In this document: in pieces, positions 55,201-64,000 of the stretch | How positions within the stretch are numbered: the first letter of the stretch is position 1 | Layout of the letters: every line of letters starts with the position of its first letter | Source: Tubiluchus corallicola | Taxonomy: Eukaryota > Animalia > Priapulida | Reading direction: 5' to 3' | DNA: 64,000 nucleotides | Assembly: GCA_030141605.1 (NCBI GenBank) | Contig: JAQGDQ010000033.1 | Span: 124,001 to 188,000, forward strand | The notes under the pieces: generated by a model | Databases searched by the model: none | The model's input: only the letters and a program-made list of their open reading frames with translations | What the model was told of the DNA's origin: nothing | Position numbers and translations under genes: made by a program

Positions 55201-58200
55201 AGGTTACATAAGGTTGGTTTTTCTAAATATTATTTGTTATGTTCAAGCTGTCTGACACTCTGAGGAGAAAAAACTTGTTGGTCAATATAACATGGTTATA
55301 TTTATAACATGGTTAAATTTATTAAATTTTTGCAGTATTCCTGTGCCTGGGGACTTGTAGGGAGGTATCTGTCATTTACTAATTTAACAGTCCTGAGTGA
55401 AATCATTCTAACGCAAAGCTCAAAGGTTTAGTGCTCTTGCAAAAGCGTATTTCAGCAAGAATGCTGTCATCTTTTCACTGGCAGTCAAGTATGTTGATCA
55501 ACCACATTCTTCGTTGTTCAGCCGTCTTTGCTAAAACATAATGCCCTATCCTGCTACTTTGTCCATTGTACTTCATCTGCAAAAAATAGTTAATGAAGCC
55601 ATGAATTCACATAGTTATTTGTTTTTCTTTCAAAATTCCCTAACATCTAAACAACATTGCCCTTTTTGAAGATGGAAGAACCTCGTCTGTAAAATCCATT
55701 TGCGAAAATTCCTAGCGACAACCTCCTCTCCATCATTGTTCATATGACATATGAGCGATCTCTAGGATGATAGCTACGTAACTAGACCACTGTGCCACAC
55801 GAGTGCAAGAAAATGTGGTATTTTAGTTACCGTCTTGCTTTTAACAGGTTTATTACATAGATTTATCTCTTTCAGTTTGAGTGCATTGCATGAGGGCTTG
55901 ATAAAAGAATTTCTGTGGCTCACGAATAAGTTTGCCATCAGAGTGAGAATTTAACAGGTGATATACCTGTGCGATTTCACCAAGCAGTTACGCTGCTACG
56001 GGTTATCTGCCTGCGGCTTTAACGCTGACGTGTATGGAGTTTACTGTTCTGCTCTATATTTGGCCATGCCGGTAGTTCAATAATTTTCAGAGAATAGAAA
56101 CGTATTGATGTGAATATTGTGTTAGTTTCATTGCGTGTATGTTAGGCAGGTACGCAGTCAATGTAGCGCTGACATTGAAAGTTGATAGAAATTTTATTAG
56201 TGCTATGATCAGAGTTGTAAAAATGTACTATTAAATTTGTCTGTATACAATTTTGAAGTACAGTAACAACAAAATTACATTCGACACAGTATTGCAGGCT
56301 TAATGGCATATGTTCAATTGTTCTACGGACGCAAACTGTGATAACCCCCAGAAAACATGTTCCTGTTTTCCTACCTTATCGGCATTCTCGTGTACTTCTC
56401 ACCTGTTGTTTCACCTGGAGATCCTTTTTCTCAGGTAATATACAATCATAATGAAAGTGAAAATTTGTCTTTTGAGTGTTCAATACATTGTTGTTAGGAA
56501 GCTCGTAATTTACAGACGACTGTAATTAATATGTGACTCAGTTGTATTATACGTACTTTTTTAAGTGTGTCGCGAAAGTGGAACACCTTTTGTATGCCTG
56601 CAGCTGATTAGAGAATGTAACCGTACTATAAAAACGTGTTAACGAGGATTTGATGCCAAGCGATGACTGTCATTTCAGCCGCAGGACAATAGGTCTATCT
56701 GTCTCTGTCTGAAGATCTGTTGGCTTTGGCTTTCTCTAAGAAAAATTGTTCAAAAATATAGAAAGTTTTTGTTCTCAACCGCATTCATTGTAGATATCGA
56801 CTGTCTAATTAATTTGAAGAATCTTGTTTAGTTCTTATCAGTGAATGAAAATGCGGCTTTGGGGTGAATAGCTGAGTGGTCAAGGCGTGTGTTTGGTTGC
56901 ATGGTTAAGACATTGTCGCAGTGGACGAATGCTTGCAAAAAACAGCTTCTGAGTAATTTCAAGAGGCTGTGAGTGGGCTGTACAACTGAGTGTGTCAAAA
57001 GCGCTTCCAAAGTGTCTTAACAAGGTTTTAACCTTGTTCTGTCATAACTATCCAGTAGGCTGTGCCACTGAGGTTAGTAAGCATTGCTTTGCAGAATATG
57101 AAGCCGTACAAAAAGGGAAGCAAAGCATGTATAAAATAAATTCAGTCTTATAGACGTTTGCTTTTTATTTGCTCATTTTGCAGCACAAGCAGTTTAATTT
57201 ATGTGTTCTTGAACAAAGCAAAAAGAAAAACATGAAAACTACGTCCATTCATCCAGCTATTTTTCTGATGGATTCAACTAGGTTTTAATTCTTTTTATTT
57301 AAAAGCAGTTTGCTTATATATGTGTACTATAATTTACATCCTCCCAGATAACCTTTTAAAATTATTACCAGCAAAATTTTTTTTAAAATGGCTTACTTGC
57401 ACAAAAACACTAAATCTTTTGTACATTTTCACATTTTTTGATATGGGTTCTCATTCGTTTTCGTCATTTAAAAGGATGGACACAATTGCCCCATTTTAAC
57501 CTCCCAAATACGTCTTTGGAACGAAGAAAGGCACTTTTCAAGAGACAATGTTGAGCGACAAGGTCATATAACAATGGTGCTTAAGTATTTTGGCTTTTGG
57601 ACGAGTAAATAAAGCAGAGATTCTATTTAAAGCAAATATCAAATTAAAACAGTTACCATTTTTTCAGATTGAACCAATCGATTTTAGTGGTTTTATCCCG
57701 TTGTTTTCTTTGGCGTAAAACACTGATTTGCCTTCTTTAGTTTTATTTTTATAATGAGAACTTGTTTATTTTCAGTTGGTGGGGCAAGTAGATGATTGCA
57801 CATGTGATATAAACACGGTGGACCATTTTAACAATGTAAAGCTCTGGCCACTTTTAAAGCCTCTCATGGAACGTTATTATTTTCGATACTTTAAGGTACG
57901 CCTGGTAGTATTTGAAATGCAAACATAGTGCTTCTTTATATATGCACCGGCGGAGCACGAGGCACTGTGCAAGTTAACCCAAGTTATTGAAAAGGTTTTA
58001 AAGGAACCTAAGAAATTTTAATCAACAAAACTGTGCTTTTGTCCAGCCCATATTATGCCTTCTGAGACATTGTCAGTTTAAAGAAAACTAAAATTTATCT
58101 CTAAAGTTTCTTTACTGCTAAACTCCTCGTGCATTTTTATTTGATTCGAAACTTCGGAATGTTTAATAATTTAATTACAGTTTGCATGTCCTTAAAAACT

Positions 58201-61200
58201 GACCCAATGGGAAACAGTATAGAAAATTAGCAATCGAAATTGCCTTTACTGGATTTCTCTCTGATGACTTTGATGACTATGTTGTTTTCATGTTAGCTTG
58301 TGTAAATGTACTTTTATATGAATTTTAACATGAATTGAACACGGGAGTGCAAGTTCATTTTATGTAAAAAATTTCATGCCAAAATTAACAGCTTTACCAC
58401 TGTGTTGAAAGTAGCTTTCCTGATTATTTTCGTCAGCTAATTTGTCTAAGTTACGCTTCTTTGTTTTGTCATTATTGCAGGTAAATTTGAATCGAGAATG
58501 TCCATTTTGGCCAGATGATAGTCGTTGTGCATTTGGGGGTTGCCATGTAGAATCTTGCACAGAGGTAATTCTTGTGCTTGCAAACCAAAACCACCCATAA
58601 GTCGGCATAGCATACTTAAAATTACGTTATGCTTCAAAGTAGAATCTACCAAAAATTTGATCAAACGTCAGTTTTTTGCTTTTTATAAAAACAAATGCTA
58701 AACATATTGGAGTTTTATATTCTAGTTTCAAATTGTCAAATAAATGTTAAAAAATATCAAAAATCTAATTTTATAATCACGTACCCACTTTTATAGCTAG
58801 AAACTAGTAAGGCAATTGTAAAAATCTTGTACATTTTCAAACTCCAATAGTAGCTCGTGTAAGTTGTTATTTTGGTTTGGGTTTTTTATGTTGTCAAGCC
58901 CAGATCTTCGTCAGGAAGGCTCATTTACTGAATTTAAATATAATTTCAATGTGCTCTTGCAAAGTCCTTAGCAACCAACATTAAAGTTATGTTTTTCAGT
59001 GCGTAGATTATCTCAGCTTAGAAATAACGTGGAGTGATGAGGTTGGTATCAAAGTGATCCTCATGAAATGGAGGTTCAGGATATGTGAATAACCTAACTG
59101 TCGACTTATGGATGGCTTTGCTATGCAAGCACACATTTAGCTAATTTTATGAATTGCTCTTTTTCACAAAACAACTTTAGCAATACATTGATCGATGCAT
59201 AATAGCTTAGATTTGGAACTAATTTTTTATTTAACTGCTTTGAATTTTTCACAGGAAGAAGTTCCCAGTGGTTTACGAACAAATGGACAACAGCACAATA
59301 AAGTGAGCTGTAGTAGTTCCCTTTTAAAATCATAAATTGGTTCATTTTTTGCTTAATGTTTAATTCTGTCTTTAAAGAATGCTTTGTCTTGCAATTTCTT
59401 CTGGCACACACAACTAGAAAATGATTTTTTAAAACCTGTTCAATTTAGGCAACCCTGGGTGTTGTCTTTATGTGATGAAGGCAGGAGGATTTAAATACAA
59501 AATGTGTGAAACATTGAAATTTTTTCTTTATGTGTGCTACCTATTAATTTGTAAACCTGTTGTTGTGTAGCCATCTGATTTTAGTTGCAGTTTCATTTTC
59601 TGTGTGATGAGCTCTTTTCTCTATAGATGCTTATTGTTTGGGTATCAGTGAGTAGAGAATTTAGGATCAACCAACTGAGTACAGAAAATAATTCATTTGC
59701 CAGTGGACTAAATGGAGAGTGACTACTTTCCATTTAACTTGCTTTAGTTTAGCAGTTTATTGGCACATATTTTTTGCTCGACATTTATTTTTTCTCTAAT
59801 CTGACTTTTTTACAGTACTCGCAAAAAGCAAATGAAGATGGTCCATGTGAGGATGAAGATAAGGAATTGGGTGCAGTAGATACAAGCATAAGGTGTGAAA
59901 AATGAGGGTTTGTTTTTGTCATTCACGTAGACATGTGAACTGTACATTTTCATGAAATGATGAATGTTTGTTGTGAAAAATTATCGGAAGTAAAGATGGT
60001 TAAGAAAGTGAAAACAGTATGTCCACAGCCTACCATTATTTTCAAGTATTTCCTCAAAGTTGTTTTCTGTGCTTTTTATGTGCTGATCTTTACCATTTTT
60101 TTACAAAACTCAAAACTAGACAACTATAGATTTGAGTTGACAAATTTGGTATGTACCAGATACTGTTTTGCTATTATTTACCATTTGCAAGTTTTCTTGC
60201 ACTTAGAAGCTTTTTTTCCTATTCAAGATGATTACATTTTGGGGTCACACAATGACCAGAGCACTGCTTAGTGGAATTTAGTAAGCTAACGGTGACTGAT
60301 TGTTTCGTTGATGCATTTAGAAATTCCCCTACCACTGGACATGGGGTCACACAATGACCAGAGCACTGCTTAGTGGAATTTAGTAAGCTAACGGTGACTG
60401 ATTGTTTCGTTGATGCATTTAGAAATTCCCCTACCACTGGACACTGCATCACTTTAGGTTTATCTATACTTAAGAAGTTTACCTTGCCATTTTCCTGTCA
60501 ATTGAAATGCTAACCAGAGCTGATGCTGTTTATTTTTGGGATTTACTGCTTAGTATTCACTGTGGTTGCTCATCACAAGCAAGCAGACATTATTAATTTC
60601 TAATTCTTATTCACAGTGAAGAGAACAAAGAAGCATTTAAAGATTGGAAGGAGCATGATGAGGCGCATGATATATTCTGTCAAATAGATGGTATATTTAT
60701 ATGCTTAGTTTTTACTATGTAGGGCTTTGTGAGACAAGTTGTTCCCTTATTATTACTGCAAATTTGTACCTCCATATAAATTTTGTAATAAATTGTCTGT
60801 CACTTCTAGAGAAACATTTTTTACAAGATCACTTTTGTTTTAATGGAATAGATTGGGATTCATCTTTACTTTCAAGAACAATTTGGGCATTTTTATTTTA
60901 TAGGAATGAAATGCTTTTCTTATTTGTATTTACAAAAACTTAAAAAGCAGACCCTTTTTTGTGTGCATTTAATTTTTTTTATTTACACATTGATGAGTAT
61001 GAAATTGTAATGATATTCCAATCAGCATAAGCTTACTGATCTTTTTATTTACAAGACACATTGTAACTTTGTCATTAGCATATTTTCACACTTTTATTCT
61101 TATTACTAATAACAGACATGTAAACTTCATCATCTCTTACGTGGAATTTTGTGTTCAGATGATGCATCAGTTGATGCTGAATATGTGGATTTGCTACTAA

Positions 61201-63656
61201 ATCCTGAGCGATTCACTGGTTACAAAGGTGCATCACCGTGGAGAATATGGAAGGCTATATATGAAGAAAACTGTTTCAAGTACGTGATAATGTAAATGAC
61301 AGTGTATTATCAATGTTTAAACAAGTATTTTCTCTGTGTGATGAGTTATTTTCTCTACAGAACCTAAAATGTTAGGTATCAATGAGTAGAGAATTAGGAT
61401 CAACCAACTGATTACAGAGATGGTTCATGATTCCCAAATGTAAACAGGGGCATATTAACTAATAGGCTAACTAGGCTATAGGCTAGGGCGCCGAAGTTTG
61501 AGGTCGTTCACATTTTAGAAAAAATCTTATTCTCTTCGAAAAATGTGTATACTTTCATATTCATGTAAAGGGCAGATTTTATAACACACCGCGGGCAGTT
61601 ACTGAGAGTTGCTTTTATATAACTGCCACATAACGAACAGGTGCAAAGTATTACACAAGTTGCACAGCCTGCTTGAATATAAACGCTATGCACATACATA
61701 TAATTAATAATGAGCATGTAGGAACTAGGTTAATGGTGTTTCTAATACACCACAAGTAATTGTTTTATCTTCTCGTTACATAAATAACCATAAATTCACA
61801 ATAGAGATGGGCTGGACAGAACTATCAACCTAGGGCATCGTATATGCCGCTGCATGTAAATATGAATTTTCTGTAACTGTGATTCACTACTTTTAACTTC
61901 TGTTACTTGGTACTGTTTTCCCACTGATTCAGGTTTTTTCAGCTTCAATTTTACGCGGTTTTTGCAAATATAGGTTACCTATGCTATGCTATGTTTATGG
62001 TGGCTTTATCTACTTGTAATTATTTAATACAATTAATGCTAAAGGCTTTGTCAATACTAAAGTATCTAGTGAAAGAGAGTTTGATACAGTTATATGATTT
62101 GTTTTATAGGCCTGAGCCAGGTTATGGAAATTACGTCACATCTGACACAGTTGGAGGTATGTTTTCTTTATTATAATATATGTACGTGTCGTACACACTA
62201 GACACTAGCGCTTCACAGTGTGTGTTTCTCTAAACGATCTTAAATCGAGAAGTTGAACATATGCCAAAATGTCAAATTGCATTTTGATTATGTATTGTTT
62301 TGTATGTGAAATGCATTTGTCTTCAAGATGTTAAAGTGACTGAAGGACTGTTATAATGTGAAAGTATACCTTCTGTTATTTATCTTTTGACCTAATTTAC
62401 AGACATGTGTTTGGAAAAGCGAGCTTTCTTTCGAGCAGTATCCGGTTTGCATACCAGTATCAACGTTCACCTGTGTGCGGATTATTTATTCCCAAGTATG
62501 TAAAATTTAGTAAGTTGTCAGTCTTTTGATGACTTTAATCCTCAATACCTTTCCTTAAAGTTAAAATTGTATTGTAAAAACTTTCACCGAATAAATTTTT
62601 TGTTCTAATACCTGCAGTTAATATTCTAAGTATTGGATTCAAAATGAAATTCTTTTCTCAGTTTATTGTAGCATTTCGCATGGCTAAATCGTGCTGCACA
62701 TTTTACTGCAATTCTTTTACCAGGCTTGGATGGTGAAGGAAGATGGGGTTTAAATGTTGAAGAGTTCCGACGGAGATTTGATCCTGAATTTACCCAGGGT
62801 GAAGGACCACAACGATTACGAAATCTCTACTTTGTTTATTTGCTTGAATTGAGAGCATTAGCAAAGGCTGCGCCTTACTTCCAACAGGTGGTGACATTTA
62901 CAAATAATATTGAAATTAATCAAGAATTATCATTTTTTATATCTCTTTTGTTTTAGTGATAAACTGCAGTATTTTCTGGATGATGAGTTACTCTCTTTAC
63001 AGATCCTTTCATTAGGTATCAGTGAGTAGGGAATCTAGGATCAACCGACAGATTATTTCGCCATCTATTATATTATTTTATTGTTTTATTGCAATGCACA
63101 TTCCAGATAGGATTTTACACTGGTAATGAAGAGGAAGATGCAGTAGTACAGAAGGGTGTAAATGAAATTCTCAACAATATTAGGTAACTATAAATTGCTC
63201 TTAATGATACATTCTTACAGATGCCTACAAAACAAAGTGCAGAGCTTTTCTGAGCCAAGACTACGCTATTTGTTTGCTATTCAGTATTTTCTTTTGCATT
63301 TAATTTAGACATATTACTGCCTATCAATAAGTACTTTTAATTTTTACTGCCTATCAATAAGTACTTTTAATTTGTTTTGTCTCTGTGTCATGATATCTTT
63401 TAAAAAGTGGTTGTATAGATTTAACTTTATACGTTAGTTCTGGTGTTGCCATCCTTTGGTTTAATAATTTGTTTTTATTTACTATTTTAATTTATGTAGG
63501 TCATTCCCAAATCACTTCAATGAAAGTGAGATGTTTCAAGGTGATCCAAAAACTGCTATTAAGTTGAAGGAGGAGTTTCGTCTTCATTTTCTCAACATAT
63601 CGCGCATAATGGATTGTGTCGGCTGTGATAAATGTAGACTATGGGGAAAACTGCAG
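52219..63656 (+). CDS. ERO1: ER oxidoreductin 1 (3'-partial, continues beyond the window)
   Basis: Exons 52219-52329, 57776-57895, 58481-58564, 59255-59302, 59816-59892, 60617-60690, 61159-61279, 62110-62156, 62403-62495, 62724-62887, 63107-63183, 63500-63656. Motifs ECFCQ|[62 protein letters not shown] and active site [17 protein letters not shown]. Confidence 0.96.
53813..54924. mobile_element. Possible solo LTR in ERO1 intron 1
   Basis: GC-richer ~1.1-kb block bounded by inverted TGTAATGAT / ATCGTTACA; no clear TSD, boundaries uncertain. Confidence 0.4.
56357..56434 (+). CDS. ERO1: Putative alternative first coding exon of ERO1
   Basis: ATG...CAG|GTAATA encodes [26 protein letters not shown], signal-peptide-like, phase 0, in frame with exon 57776. 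Confidence 0.6.
58635..59150. repeat. Family B copy 3
   Basis: Direct similarity to 28925-29560. Confidence 0.8.
59595..59689 (+). ncRNA. Intronic box C/D snoRNA copy 1, guide antisense to the 18S rRNA 5' end
   Basis: C box GTGATGA 59604-59610, D box CTGA 59675-59678, 9-bp terminal stem ATTTTCTGT/ACAGAAAAT, guide TAGGATCAACCA. Confidence 0.85.
60240..60443. repeat. Tandem duplication of a 102-bp unit
   Basis: TGGGGTCACACAATGACC...CTACCACTGGACA twice in direct tandem. Confidence 0.95.
61331..61420 (+). ncRNA. Intronic box C/D snoRNA copy 2
   Basis: C box GTGATGA 61338-61344, D box CTGA 61408-61411, terminal stem TCTCTGT/ACAGAGA, identical guide TAGGATCAACCA. Confidence 0.85.
61445..61852. 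mobile_element. hAT-like MITE
   Basis: Ends CAGGGGCATAT / ATATGCCGCTG; flanks AATGTAAA / CATGTAAA. Confidence 0.7.
62975..63055 (+). ncRNA. Intronic box C/D snoRNA copy 3 (divergent, D box CAGA)
   Basis: C box ATGATGA 62980-62986, guide TAGGATCAACCG, degenerate D box CAGA 63049-63052, internal stems kept through G-U pairs, terminal stem weak. Confidence 0.65.
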
Positions 63657-64000
63657 GTTAATAGCCATCTTCATTTTAACATAACGTTTATTATGTCAGT
63701 TTTGATTTTGCTGACTTTCGGTTTAAATACATAGTTCGTGTCCATTGTAGTTTATTAGTACTGGCAGTACTGCATTTCTCGTCAGCTGTTGTCATCCCAC
63801 TTACACATCTTAGGGTTAAATATTGGTGGCAAAATTGAAATATGCACTTGAAAATGTTTTGCTGTAAATAGCATAGAGGACGTTATTATTACCCGGAGAA
63901 CAGTATTATTACTGTATTACTAGTTAAAGATCCAGCACAGATTAGTAATTAAGAAATTTTTGTCCAAAAAAATTAACAAAATCAGTCGGTATGATTGTGC

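Overview
AT-rich metazoan (probably invertebrate) nuclear DNA with spliceosomal GT-AG introns, so most of the supplied ORF track is noise or transposon debris. Genes in order: 5' exons of an unnamed lysine-rich gene (- strand, possibly TAF1D-like), head-to-head with an 11-exon PIGT (+, 5626-20758); a 55-aa PIGBOS1 microprotein ORF (absent from the ORF track) followed 44 nt later by a second single-TM small ORF (-); intronless VTA1 (-); intronless NHEJ1/XLF (+); and multi-exon ERO1 (+, from 52219, running off the window). Intergenic and intronic DNA is full of CR1/L2-group LINE remnants, a TGT...ACA MITE family with 5-bp TSDs, hAT- and Tc1-like MITEs, a tRNA-type SINE and microsatellites. Best leads: (1) three ERO1-intronic box C/D snoRNA copies antisense to the 5' end of 18S rRNA; (2) a probable bicistronic PIGBOS1 + unknown microprotein unit; (3) two alternative ERO1 signal-peptide exons, one lacking the conserved CxC; (4) a 224-bp duplication giving PIGT an in-frame alternative last exon. 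All homology calls rest on recalled sequences, not database searches.
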